Assembly: GCA_027858855.1 (NCBI GenBank)
Contig: JAQIBV010000038.1
Coordinates: forward strand, 31,966 to 95,965
Length of the DNA: 64,000 nt
From: Spirochaetota bacterium
Lineage (GTDB): Bacteria > Spirochaetota > UBA4802 > JAFGJZ01
Direction: 5' to 3'
In this document: one piece after another, positions 8,715 to 18,762 of the stretch
Layout of the letters: every line of letters starts with the position of its first letter
How positions within the stretch are numbered: the stretch's first letter is position 1
Program-made: the position numbers and the translations under genes
Notes under the pieces: model-generated
Told to the model about the DNA's origin: nothing
What the model saw: the letters and a program-made list of their open reading frames with translations, nothing else
Databases searched by the model: none

Positions 8715-11609
8715 ATGAGAAAAATTATTGGATTTGTGGTAAACAGGCCGCTGCCTGTTCTGTTGTTTCTTTTGCTAGTTACCACTATCATGTCTATCGG
8801 TCTTCCGAAGTTGCAGGTGGAACCTTCGTCAGAAGCTTTGATGCCGAAGGACTCCTCGGAGTATCGTTACAACATGCGTATGAAGCAGGTATTTGGCGAC
8901 AGCCGTCTATTTATGCTTACGCTTATCGAGCCGGATGGCAGCGCACTCTTTTCTAAAGAAAGTTTTGCACTTCTTAATGAGCTTGTTGAAGAGGTCGAGG
9001 AGTTTAGAGTCTTTAATCTGGATATCGAAGAGAAGCGGCTCGATACGATATGCAGTCTGGCTTCGGTCACCTACACTGACTCCGATAGTGTACAGCAGGT
9101 GGATTCATCTGAAAAGGAGGGCGGCCTTTCTGACGAGATGATCGACAGCCTTCTTTTGGGTGATACTCAATTGCAAAATGACTATTACGATGTTTTTGAT
9201 CTTGAGGCACCGCTTCCGACGGATATTTATGTACAGCCCATCCGTTTACGCCGCGACTATCAGTTCGATTCCTATTCGCCTGTCACTAAAGCTATGCTCG
9301 AACAGGCTCTGGATCAGGCGGGGTTTCGCCAGCTACAAACTGTTCTTTCGCGAACAGGGCTTGACGATGTTGGCGGCACACATAGTTTTTCTGAAGAGCA
9401 GTACCGGGCTATTGTTAACGAGTTTGAGACCGCATTTCTGCTTAAGTCTACCGAAGCTGTTAAGCTTTTTATGAATCCGGTTTCGGGAGAGGACATAGTT
9501 GGAACGAAGGAGTCACTGACTCCTGTGGATCTTATCGAAGAGGATGAACAAGGCACACGTCTTCTTCCGCAAACCGACGAAGAATTTACGACTTACAAAC
9601 AGCGTCTTTTGGGTAACCCAGTCTTCGAGAATACCATTTACAGTACAGATGAAGAGGGAAAGATCGATTCGCTGGCGATGACAATACAGCTTCAGGTTAT
9701 CGAGGATGCTGATGCTGCAAGCAGATATCTGATGGATGTGATCACAAAGTATAATGAGAAAGAGCTGCGTTTTTTGCCAGTAGGAATTCCCGTTTTCGAA
9801 AGATATATACAGGAGTATATGGCAAGAGACATGGGGCTTTTTCTTCCTCTTGCACTGCTTGTTGTAATAATGACCTTTCTGCTTAACTTCAGAATGTTCA
9901 GGGGAGTTGCCCTGCCAACTCTTTCGGTAGTCCTCTCTATAATCTGGACAATGGGCTTGATGGGGCATATAGGCATACCAGTTACTATGGTGGTAAATAT
10001 ACTGCCGACAATTCTTGTGGCTGTGGGTAGTTCGTATTCGATACATCTGTTTAATCAGTTTTTGCATGACCGGAGTGAACTACGAGGTGGCGCAGCACGG
10101 CAAAATCTTGTCCGATCAATGACCCGTATTTCTACTACCGTTCTATTGGCTGCATTGACAACTTTTATCGGTTTTTCGACTCTTTCGATTAATCAGGTAG
10201 TCTCGTTACGGCACTTCGGCATCTTTTCTGCGATTGGTACCGTCTTTGCCTGTATAATCTCGCTTCTGCTTATACCGTCTGTTTTTTCCCTGTTTCCCGA
10301 AAAAAAGACAAACAGATCTGATAATATGCAAAATGCTCATCTTCGTTCGATTATTGAAAAGGGTGGAAGGTTTGCAACTAATCATGCAAGGGGTGTTGTG
10401 ATTTTAAGCCTTTTCATTGCAGTCATAGGCATCTATGGCCTAACTCGTATCAACATTGAGTCCTCGCCTGTTACGCAGTTTCATGATGACTCTTATGTTG
10501 TTACCTCTGACTCGCATGTTAGCCGTAAGCTTGATGGCACTGTTACCTTTAACCTTATGATCGACTCGGGAAAGGCGGGTGGAGTCAAGGATCCGGAGTT
10601 TTTAAAACACATAGATGAAACTGCAAAATGGATTGTTAGCCAGAAAAACCGTGACAACTACAACCTTCTTGCGTCCTACTCGTTTGCGGATGTTATTAAG
10701 CGAATGAATAAAGCCATGAACGCCGAAGATGATGCCTTTTACAAGTTGCCAACCGAGCGTAGTGTTGTTGAAGATTATATCATGCTCTACAGTGGTGAAG
10801 ATCGTAATTCGAGTGGCGTACCTGACACAATGGAACGTTTTGTCGATCCGCACTACCGGGTAGCCAACATCACTATCAAAACCGGTACATATAACGGGCG
10901 TCCCTATTCGACAAAAGTATTACTGGAATCCGTTAGTGCAATTAATGATTACATGAACAATCACAACTTCTTTGAAGGCATGAAGCACACGGTTGCCGGA
11001 CAGGGGATAAATTATGCGGTACTAAACCGACTTGTTGCCAGAGGGCAGGTTGTCACAATATCGCTAACACTGATTATTATTTTCGGGATTATCTTTTTTC
11101 TTTTTAAGGATATCAAAGCCGCTTTAATATCACTGATACCAATCTCCTTCAGCATAATTTTTGTTTATGGAACAATGGGCTTTCTTGATATCCCTCTTGA
11201 TCTTCCTAAGTCTATAATCGCAGCGATAACTATCGGCATAGGCATAGACGATACCATACATATGCTCAAAACAATCCGTACCCGACTGCTTGAAGGGTTA
11301 CCGCTTCGCAATGCGATACTAGCTTCGTATGGAGAAGCCGGCATGGCAATAGTATACACCTCTGTTGCCCTCATCTTCGGCTTTTCGGTTCTTATGCTTT
11401 CGCAATTTAAAGTTATATTTTATTTTGGATGGCTGGTTGCCATGAATATGACTGCAACAACCATTGCTGCTCTTTTTATACTGCCCGCCGCTGCATATCT
11501 TTTCAACGTAAGTTTCGGTTTATCTAAAGAGAGTAAAACGGCAACTGTTAGAAGCTCTAACAAGGTTGCTGACATGCTTACAGAAAATACAGCATCAGAG
11601 AGAGGTTAA
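8715..11609 (+). CDS. MMPL/RND-superfamily exporter (sterol-sensing-domain type, two 6-TM bundles)
   Basis: 964 aa. Two TM clusters (about residues 370–530 and 800–950), each followed by a large extracytoplasmic loop. aggaga RBS. Confidence 0.7.
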   Translation: MRKIIGFVVNRPLPVLLFLLLVTTIMSIGLPKLQVEPSSEALMPKDSSEYRYNMRMKQVFGDSRLFMLTLIEPDGSALFSKESFALLNELVEEVEEFRVFNLDIEEKRLDTICSLASVTYTDSDSVQQVDSSEKEGGLSDEMIDSLLLGDTQLQNDYYDVFDLEAPLPTDIYVQPIRLRRDYQFDSYSPVTKAMLEQALDQAGFRQLQTVLSRTGLDDVGGTHSFSEEQYRAIVNEFETAFLLKSTEAVKLFMNPVSGEDIVGTKESLTPVDLIEEDEQGTRLLPQTDEEFTTYKQRLLGNPVFENTIYSTDEEGKIDSLAMTIQLQVIEDADAASRYLMDVITKYNEKELRFLPVGIPVFERYIQEYMARDMGLFLPLALLVVIMTFLLNFRMFRGVALPTLSVVLSIIWTMGLMGHIGIPVTMVVNILPTILVAVGSSYSIHLFNQFLHDRSELRGGAARQNLVRSMTRISTTVLLAALTTFIGFSTLSINQVVSLRHFGIFSAIGTVFACIISLLLIPSVFSLFPEKKTNRSDNMQNAHLRSIIEKGGRFATNHARGVVILSLFIAVIGIYGLTRINIESSPVTQFHDDSYVVTSDSHVSRKLDGTVTFNLMIDSGKAGGVKDPEFLKHIDETAKWIVSQKNRDNYNLLASYSFADVIKRMNKAMNAEDDAFYKLPTERSVVEDYIMLYSGEDRNSSGVPDTMERFVDPHYRVANITIKTGTYNGRPYSTKVLLESVSAINDYMNNHNFFEGMKHTVAGQGINYAVLNRLVARGQVVTISLTLIIIFGIIFFLFKDIKAALISLIPISFSIIFVYGTMGFLDIPLDLPKSIIAAITIGIGIDDTIHMLKTIRTRLLEGLPLRNAILASYGEAGMAIVYTSVALIFGFSVLMLSQFKVIFYFGWLVAMNMTATTIAALFILPAAAYLFNVSFGLSKESKTATVRSSNKVADMLTENTASERG

Positions 11610-11610
11610 C

Positions 11611-12363
11611 ATGAAAAATATAAACAGACTATTTATTCAGATAATTATATCACTATTTTTGACGATATCTGCCATTTATTCACAGGAGAGCGCCGATTCA
11701 ATAATGAAAAAGAATGACGAAATTCTATCAGGCCAAAGCTTTAAACGAGAGATGACTCTGCTTGTTATAAAGCAGGGCGTAAACGAAAAAAAAGAGTTTG
11801 AAGGGTTTTCTAAAAAAGATGGAAGGTCGCGCCGAAGTAGAATGCAGTTTACAAGCCCGACCGAGATGGGGTTTCTTGTCTGGGATAAACCCGGTGAAGA
11901 CAGTCAGCAGTGGATCAGGTTATCGGGTGGCAGGGTTCGCAGGATAGCCTCAAGTGACAAAGGTAAACCGTGGATGAACTCGCATTTTTATAATGATGAT
12001 GTTTCTGAAAGATACATCGAGAACTACACGTACGAACTGATCGGCGAAGTTTCTGTGAACGGCATCCCTTGTTACAAAATCAGATCTGAAAAAAAAGGTA
12101 GCGGAGCAACATATTCAAAAACCGAGATCTATGTCGGAAAGAAGGATTATCTGACTTACCGTGTGAATTATTACGAAGGGGGCAGGCATACCAAAACGCT
12201 TACTCTTACACGTTATGAAGTTATACAGAATATTCCGACTGCACGGATGCTTACAATGGAACGCACTGATGGCAAGGGAAAGAGTGTACTGTATATCAAA
12301 AATATAAAATACAATGTTCCAATAGATGATAGAGAACTGACACGAGAGGCCCTTGCAAGATGA
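11611..12363 (+). CDS. LolA-like outer-membrane lipoprotein-sorting family protein (exported)
   Basis: The start is re-set to the ATG at 11611 with a gagagg RBS; the ORF-track start at 11566 overlaps the exporter. Signal peptide present. Size and position next to an MMPL exporter are typical. Confidence 0.5.
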   Translation: MKNINRLFIQIIISLFLTISAIYSQESADSIMKKNDEILSGQSFKREMTLLVIKQGVNEKKEFEGFSKKDGRSRRSRMQFTSPTEMGFLVWDKPGEDSQQWIRLSGGRVRRIASSDKGKPWMNSHFYNDDVSERYIENYTYELIGEVSVNGIPCYKIRSEKKGSGATYSKTEIYVGKKDYLTYRVNYYEGGRHTKTLTLTRYEVIQNIPTARMLTMERTDGKGKSVLYIKNIKYNVPIDDRELTREALAR

Positions 12364-13877
12364 AAACAGTAATGCGTAGAGCAATAATGCATAAAGCAAT
12401 AATGCATAAAACAGATACTCGATTTGCAGCATTTACCACGAGTATCGATACCTGCAAAGTCTGGTTTATTGGTGCGATTAATACTATTAAACCGGCAGTA
12501 ACAGCACTTCTTTTATCAGCGATTATGATGCCCGTTGTTGAAATAAATGCGCAGCAACAGGCAGAAGATGATCTGATACCAACAGAGCAGGATGATTTAA
12601 TGTCAATTCTTGATGAGAGTCCCAAAAGCTCGTTTAACTTAAAAGGTTTTGCCGAGGTATCTTCTGATACGGCGCTATCTGAAAATGAGTACGGAGATCA
12701 CTCTTTTTTCAACACGGGAGCACGGACAAAACTGCGTCCGGTTTACTCTTCGCGAAGATTTAAAGCCTATGCGGACATAGATTTTTTCGCGAAAGCCTAT
12801 TCGCATGTGGATCAGTACTCGTTTGAATCATCAGAATTTTATATCGAAGGCGGAGACAGCCTGCTTTGGAAATTCGGCAAACAACGTTTTAACTGGGGTG
12901 TTGCGGATATGTTTTCAGTTGCTAATCCTCTGGACAGAATAGACCTGAGCGAGTCATTTGCCCGTAAAAATGATGAGCGCTTTACCGGAGTCTACGCCTT
13001 GAGTCTAAGCTATATCACTGGTGATTATGCGCTAGAAGCGGCAGCAAGGCCGGTTACTGAGCCTGTTATGCGCCCGGCCGGTTTTTACAGTGTTGGTGGT
13101 GAAGTTCTGCAGACACCAGCGGGCGAAGTAACTCCGTTGTATGATGATGGAGAAGGCGAGAGACGGCTGAAAAAAGCCGCTCTTGCCCTGCGTGGGGGCG
13201 GCACAACAGCGGGTCTTGACTGGCATCTTCTCTATTATAGCGGGCCTCAGCCTCGCTCGGCTCATTCAACTCAGCTCACACAATCTGATCAGGGGCTTAA
13301 TCTTGTTATGGCACCGCTGTTTGAACGGGTAAATATACTGGGGTTTGATGCTGCATATGCAGTCGGGAAACTGAATATGCGTTTCGAAGGGATATTTGTG
13401 CCTGATATGGTTGCATCAGAAGAAATTAGTGACGAGGATCGTGCTGCTGCTTTTGGCAGCATAGTAAACGGCGCAGAATCTGTACTTATGCAAAATGGCA
13501 CGAGGCGTAAATATTTCAGTTACAGCATTGGTTTTGACTATAACCTGTGGGGTAATTATGGCACTATCTATGCCGAGTGGATGCAGTCGCGCTTTCTTGA
13601 TAAAAAAGATATAGAAGAAGAGCTACAGAGTGATATTCTGGCTGTCAGGATTGAAGACTCTTTTTTCCGTCAGGCGTTAAAGCTTTCGGCCGGAACCATG
13701 ACCCGTTTTCGCGGAAACTCTTTGGGTTATGCAATTAATGCTGAAGCCGAATACGACTTCAAGGACGGCCTTAAAGCCGGTGTCGGCACCTACTACTTCA
13801 TCCCCAACAACGACACCTATCTGCAGATGTTCGAAGATATGAGCATGATATACATGCGAATGCGATTTTTCTTTTGA
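12360..13877 (+). CDS. Putative outer-membrane β-barrel protein (hypothetical). Start codon uncertain.
   Basis: Long signal-like N-terminal region ending INA|QQ, alternating β-strand pattern and a C-terminal …MRFFF. A 4-nt overlap with the upstream gene suggests an operon. Confidence 0.45.
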   Translation: MKTVMRRAIMHKAIMHKTDTRFAAFTTSIDTCKVWFIGAINTIKPAVTALLLSAIMMPVVEINAQQQAEDDLIPTEQDDLMSILDESPKSSFNLKGFAEVSSDTALSENEYGDHSFFNTGARTKLRPVYSSRRFKAYADIDFFAKAYSHVDQYSFESSEFYIEGGDSLLWKFGKQRFNWGVADMFSVANPLDRIDLSESFARKNDERFTGVYALSLSYITGDYALEAAARPVTEPVMRPAGFYSVGGEVLQTPAGEVTPLYDDGEGERRLKKAALALRGGGTTAGLDWHLLYYSGPQPRSAHSTQLTQSDQGLNLVMAPLFERVNILGFDAAYAVGKLNMRFEGIFVPDMVASEEISDEDRAAAFGSIVNGAESVLMQNGTRRKYFSYSIGFDYNLWGNYGTIYAEWMQSRFLDKKDIEEELQSDILAVRIEDSFFRQALKLSAGTMTRFRGNSLGYAINAEAEYDFKDGLKAGVGTYYFIPNNDTYLQMFEDMSMIYMRMRFFF

Positions 13878-13900
13878 AAAACTCGTATATTCCTTACAAT

Positions 13901-13927
13901 GCTAATTCCGGTGAAGCCGGAATTAGC
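13901..13927. terminator. Perfect 11-bp stem hairpin gctaattccgg-tgaag-ccggaattagc, 24 nt after the operon stop
   Basis: Read from the sequence. No strong U-tract. Confidence 0.4.
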
Positions 13928-14073
13928 AAACCCACCCCGAATCGCTAACCACAAAAAGTTTTTTCTAAGTCTTCTAATAGAAGCATATACCTTAAATCAC
14001 CTTACTCTCCGGTTGCACCTGTAGGTACGATAATTAATGGTTGACAAGTATTGGTAATTATGTAAATGACTAT

Positions 14074-14952
14074 ATGAGTTACAAATTTACAAATACATAC
14101 AAAGGATTATGTAACAGCATGAAAAAATATTTATCAACATATCCACTTGCAACGAACGAGCTGATTCATTACCCATTGATGTATCCTGACACACTAAAAA
14201 AATACCGGATAAAAAACATTTCGTATGCAACTCTTGATTTTTTATACGACTACGCACATGCCTGTGGAATTTCCAAGGGCGCCTTGAGAACAACACTTTC
14301 ACGCATGAAGAGAGATGAAAGCATAATGCCGGTCACATCAGACAAGAGAGCTCGCTACAGGGTTGCGCCTCTTCAACTTGAAGTCATGACAAACATGCAG
14401 AAAAAGAGAAAAACGAAGGCAAGTGGTTTTACAGTAGCTGTCTACTCATTCGAGAAGAGTCAGGAGAAGCAGCGATCACAGACCCGTGCTCTCCTGCAGT
14501 ACTGCGGGTTTATCCGCTTTGCTCAGAATGCCTACATAAATGTTCATGGCAAGGATGATGAGCTCAGGAAATCTCTGGTTGATGCGGGCGTTGGTGACAA
14601 TGTTTTCCTCTTTCATATTAAAAAGATCGACACAAATGATTTGCAGAGACTATTGAAATGCTGGCAGATTCCGAAGCGTATTCTTTTTCTCAAGCAATTT
14701 CGAAAAGATACAGAGATGTTAATACACGGTAGCGATGGAAGCGATGCCGATTTGTTTAACCGTATCGGTGTTTCATGGGTCGCCTACATTATACATGTCA
14801 GTGCGACAGAACCCCCGCTTCCGTCACGGCTACTTCCCAGGGATTACCCCGAAACTGATATATATAAATTATTATTAAAAGCGAGTATCAAGCACGGTAA
14901 GAAAATGATCAACCACTGGCGGGATGCGAATAGAATTGAAAAACCGGAATAG
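14074..14952 (+). CDS. PaaX-like transcriptional regulator (tentative). The ORF track starts at a TTG at 14041.
   Basis: The C-terminal region resembles PaaX (…LVDAGVGDNVFLFHI…). A wHTH-like segment is present (…GISKGALRTTLSRMKRDE…). Confidence 0.4.
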   Translation: MSYKFTNTYKGLCNSMKKYLSTYPLATNELIHYPLMYPDTLKKYRIKNISYATLDFLYDYAHACGISKGALRTTLSRMKRDESIMPVTSDKRARYRVAPLQLEVMTNMQKKRKTKASGFTVAVYSFEKSQEKQRSQTRALLQYCGFIRFAQNAYINVHGKDDELRKSLVDAGVGDNVFLFHIKKIDTNDLQRLLKCWQIPKRILFLKQFRKDTEMLIHGSDGSDADLFNRIGVSWVAYIIHVSATEPPLPSRLLPRDYPETDIYKLLLKASIKHGKKMINHWRDANRIEKPE

Positions 14953-14976
14953 AAAATATAATAACGAGGAGATAAA

Positions 14977-15669
14977 ATGAATCGAAAATCAATCAAACAG
15001 GCTCTGACAGCAGCCATTATGTTTTTAACATGTCTAATAACCACCGTCCCTATTTTCAGCGGTCAATATCAGTACCGCACAATCGTCAGTGGTGATGTGT
15101 TCGAAACGATCATAATTAAAACCGAAGTTGCAGATTCCGGCACATACATTGTCACGCAAGAAGATAAAATAACCGGATATACTCATCACGTTACGCTAAA
15201 CTCCGACTACCATAGCACTCAGTGGGTTGTCACCGATAAAGCCGGAGACAACATCACTTTCAGCAGAAACGGAAGCACTATTGTTGTTAATGGCACACGT
15301 TCAGATGAAAGGATTAACAAAAAGATCGAAATAGATACTCTTCCCTGGTTTGCGTCGCTTGATTTCGGCATACAGGGATTTTGTCTTTCAGGAAAAAAGA
15401 CGATCGACTTTTGGGTAATCGATCCGGATAATTATAAATCACACCGGATGACACTTACTCGAATGGAGACTGAAACAGTGTCGCACGCTGGAAATAAGAC
15501 GAGGTCTGTACGAATTCGCATAACAGCATCCGGAGTGCCAGCTCTTTTCTTCAGTATGAACTACTGGGTACGCATTGCCGACGGTGTGCCTGTACGTTCG
15601 GAGACAAAACGGGGAGGCCCACTTTCTCCAACAGTTATAAATGAACTTGTTAGAGTCTCGGAAAAATAA
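14977..15669 (+). CDS. Secreted hypothetical protein
   Basis: N-terminal signal peptide. No recognisable domain. Confidence 0.4.
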   Translation: MNRKSIKQALTAAIMFLTCLITTVPIFSGQYQYRTIVSGDVFETIIIKTEVADSGTYIVTQEDKITGYTHHVTLNSDYHSTQWVVTDKAGDNITFSRNGSTIVVNGTRSDERINKKIEIDTLPWFASLDFGIQGFCLSGKKTIDFWVIDPDNYKSHRMTLTRMETETVSHAGNKTRSVRIRITASGVPALFFSMNYWVRIADGVPVRSETKRGGPLSPTVINELVRVSEK

Positions 15670-15720
15670 AATAGAAGCTGCTATTATAGAGCAGACGTAA
15701 ATAAAAAGAAGAGGTGCAAA

Positions 15721-17223
15721 ATGTCAAAAAATATAATTATTATCGGCTCGGGAATCGCTGGCCTTTCAAGCGGGTGCTACGCGCAAATGAATGGATACAA
15801 TACACATATCGTAGAGCAGCATTCTTTGCCGGGAGGCCTGTGCACAGCATGGGAGCGCAATGGTTACAAAATAGACGGCTGCATACACTGGCTTGTCGGG
15901 TCTTCACCAGAGAGTTCTTTTTACAAATATTGGGAAGAGTTACACGCGCTTAAAGAAACTGAAATAGTCCAACATGAAATCTTCACAACCATAGAGACTG
16001 GTACACCTGAGGACAAAAAAATATTTACTGTTTACACCAATGCCGACAGGCTTAACGCCAATATGAAGAAGATTGCCCCCGAAGATACAGCTGAAATTGA
16101 CACCTTCACTGCGTTAATAAAAAAATTCTCCTCGTTCGAGATAATAACGGATACGCCGCCGGAACTGATGGGCTTGGGCGACTTCTTCAACATGATGAAG
16201 ATGATGAAACCATATATGAGAGAGTTCCGACAATACCGTAAGCTGACGATTAAAGACTATGCCGAACGGTTTTCAAATTCTCATCTGCGCGAAGGTATAA
16301 CTGCAATTCTGGATATGCCGGATTTTTCATTTATGGTACTTCTTTTTATGCTTGGGTGGCAGCATGCAAAAAAAGCCGGATATCCCATTGGCGGATCACT
16401 TCCATTTGCTCGGCGAATTGAAAACAGGTATCTTTCCCTTGGCGGCTCGATTCAGTACAACAGTCGCGTAAAAAGAATACTAACTCGCAAAAACCGCGCC
16501 GTCGGTGTCGAGCTTGATAGCGGACAGAAGCAGTATGCGGATATTATAATCTCGGCTGCTGATGGTTACTCAACAATTTACTCCATGCTCGATGGCAAGT
16601 ATACAAATAAAAAAATTGACCGTATGTACGAAAGACTCCCGCTCTTTCAACCATTTTTCATGCTATCACTCGGAGTTAGGCGTGACTTTTCGTCACAGCC
16701 GCCCATGATTGTCAGGCTTCTGGACTCACCGATTGTACTGGAAGGCAAAACACATCATAAAATCGGTTTCCAGCATTATTGTCATGATCCCAGTCTTGCA
16801 CCGGACGGCGCATCACTGCTCGAGATAATGTACACTTCTGATTACGACTACTGGAAAAATTGCGCACAAACTCCCGATTTATATCGTAAGAATAAAGCAG
16901 CAATTGCCGAAACTCTCATAGGTTGTCTTGAAAATTATTACCCGGGAATCAGAAAGGAGATCGAGATGATTGACACCGCCACACCAATGACATTTGAACG
17001 ATATACTTCAAATAGAAACGGAACCTATGAGGGATGGCTTTTAACACCTAAAACACTGACAATGCGGATAAAGAAAACGCTGCCAGGGCTTAAAAACTTC
17101 TACATGGCAGGGCAGTGGGTTCAGCCGGGTGGTGGCCTACCGTCTGTGGTAAAATCTGGTCGGGATCTGATTTCCCTACTCTGTCACAAGGATAAAAAGA
17201 TTTTGAAGATATCACCCTCTTAG
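15721..17223 (+). CDS. Phytoene-desaturase-family NAD(P)/FAD-dependent oxidoreductase (CrtI-like)
   Basis: N-terminal dinucleotide-binding motif IIIIGSGIAGLSSG…GGLC…, 500 aa. Confidence 0.7.
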   Translation: MSKNIIIIGSGIAGLSSGCYAQMNGYNTHIVEQHSLPGGLCTAWERNGYKIDGCIHWLVGSSPESSFYKYWEELHALKETEIVQHEIFTTIETGTPEDKKIFTVYTNADRLNANMKKIAPEDTAEIDTFTALIKKFSSFEIITDTPPELMGLGDFFNMMKMMKPYMREFRQYRKLTIKDYAERFSNSHLREGITAILDMPDFSFMVLLFMLGWQHAKKAGYPIGGSLPFARRIENRYLSLGGSIQYNSRVKRILTRKNRAVGVELDSGQKQYADIIISAADGYSTIYSMLDGKYTNKKIDRMYERLPLFQPFFMLSLGVRRDFSSQPPMIVRLLDSPIVLEGKTHHKIGFQHYCHDPSLAPDGASLLEIMYTSDYDYWKNCAQTPDLYRKNKAAIAETLIGCLENYYPGIRKEIEMIDTATPMTFERYTSNRNGTYEGWLLTPKTLTMRIKKTLPGLKNFYMAGQWVQPGGGLPSVVKSGRDLISLLCHKDKKILKISPS

Positions 17224-17321
17224 TTGCTACTAATGGAATCCCTTACTATTTTAAAAAATACTTGTCATTACACCTTAAGTGTAGTATTTTACACTTAACT
17301 CTGTAACACTTGAGGTGTAAT

Positions 17322-18416
17322 ATGACTAATCCGTTCAGTTTTTCCGGTACTGTCGCAGACCGGGGGTTTTGTAATCGCAAACAAGAGCAGAAAGATATTA
17401 TTGATTTTATCAATAATTCCGAGAACGTGCTGCTGCATGCAAATCGTAGAATGGGCAAAACATCACTAATATACAGGATTCTCTCTAAACTGGATAAAAG
17501 CATTACACATCTGTATGTCGATCTATATGGAACTGTTAGTGAAAATGATTTTATTGAGACATTGATGAAAAATGCCGGTCAACTCGAATCCAGATCTGAA
17601 AAGCTGTTGAAAACAGCGAAAGAGATCTTTACATCATCCAATATTTCACTTTCAATAGATCCTGTTACAAACCTTCCATCGTTAACGCCTGTTTTCGGTA
17701 CATCAAAAAAGACTCTGCTTCTTGAAAACGCAATGCTTCTGCTTGAGCGCTATTCAGAAAAAAACAGGATGGTAATAGTATTTGATGAATTTCAAGAGAT
17801 CGAGAATTACTCCGGGGGCGAGTTTGAAAAAAGGTTGCGGGGTTTTGTTCAAAAGCATGACAGGATATCATATATTTTTGCGGGAAGCCGTCAGCACATA
17901 CTTGCACACATGTTTAATTCGAAGGGAAAAGCCTTCTATAAACTGGCTCACAGCTATCCACTGTCCGAAATTGAAGAGACCGATTATATGAAGTGGATAA
18001 AAAAGCTATTTGCTAAAAAATCGAAAATTTCCGACACGATTATTCTTGAAGTCCTCAATCTCTGCGAAAGACACCCCATGTACATACAGCAGTTTTTTTA
18101 TCATCTATGGGATTCAGATCTCAACAAACCGAACATTATTGATCGCACCTTGCGGTTAATATTATTACGTAACAGAAACGAATATATGAACATCTGGGAT
18201 AGTCTGACTCTTAATCAACGCAAAACTCTTAAATTAATTGCCGCAAATGACGGCAATGAGCTTTACTCTGCAGACTCTCTGAAATCTGTAAGCCTGACAA
18301 CACCGTCACAGGTTACCAAAGCTTTGCAGTCGTTAACAAATAAAGATATTGTTCAGAAAAATGGAACCTTCAGGATACAGGACGTAATGTTCAAGCAATG
18401 GGTTTTAAGGTTGTGA
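17322..18416 (+). CDS. AAA+ ATPase (archaeal-ATPase / DUF234-type)
   Basis: Walker A (ANRRMGKTSL), Walker B (MVIVFDEFQE). Start set to the ATG at 17322 with a gaggtg RBS. An inverted repeat ttacaccttaagtgtag … taacacttgaggtgtaat overlaps the promoter/RBS region (17263–17315). Confidence 0.6.
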   Translation: MTNPFSFSGTVADRGFCNRKQEQKDIIDFINNSENVLLHANRRMGKTSLIYRILSKLDKSITHLYVDLYGTVSENDFIETLMKNAGQLESRSEKLLKTAKEIFTSSNISLSIDPVTNLPSLTPVFGTSKKTLLLENAMLLLERYSEKNRMVIVFDEFQEIENYSGGEFEKRLRGFVQKHDRISYIFAGSRQHILAHMFNSKGKAFYKLAHSYPLSEIEETDYMKWIKKLFAKKSKISDTIILEVLNLCERHPMYIQQFFYHLWDSDLNKPNIIDRTLRLILLRNRNEYMNIWDSLTLNQRKTLKLIAANDGNELYSADSLKSVSLTTPSQVTKALQSLTNKDIVQKNGTFRIQDVMFKQWVLRL

Positions 18417-18762
18417 TCTGTAAAAACTGTCTTCGGTTGAGCAAAAAGTTATTTTGATTTTGTAATAAAAAATGGGTTCTGCTAATTGAAAAGACGCTTA
18501 TTGGTTATCTAAAGGGCAACCTACCTGGTTAAAAAAGTCGTTAAAGCAGCATAATTCTAAAAAAAAAAGTTTGAGAATATCACAAAATTAGTGACACTTA
18601 TAACCTGATTATCTGTTGAATTTATGTAATTTCTAAACAATATGGTGTTGTCGTATGTTGCGAAAATCTGGATCAGAGTCATTTATTGATCTTCCACGTG
18701 AATTTGCGAAGCACCATGTATATTTGTTCAGTTTAGAAAATCAAATTATAGGGATCTGATTA

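Noticed and set aside
11566-11610. ORF-track start of the LolA-like gene at 11566
   Set aside because: That start overlaps the exporter's 3' end and lacks an RBS. The ATG at 11611 has a gagagg RBS and starts a canonical signal peptide.
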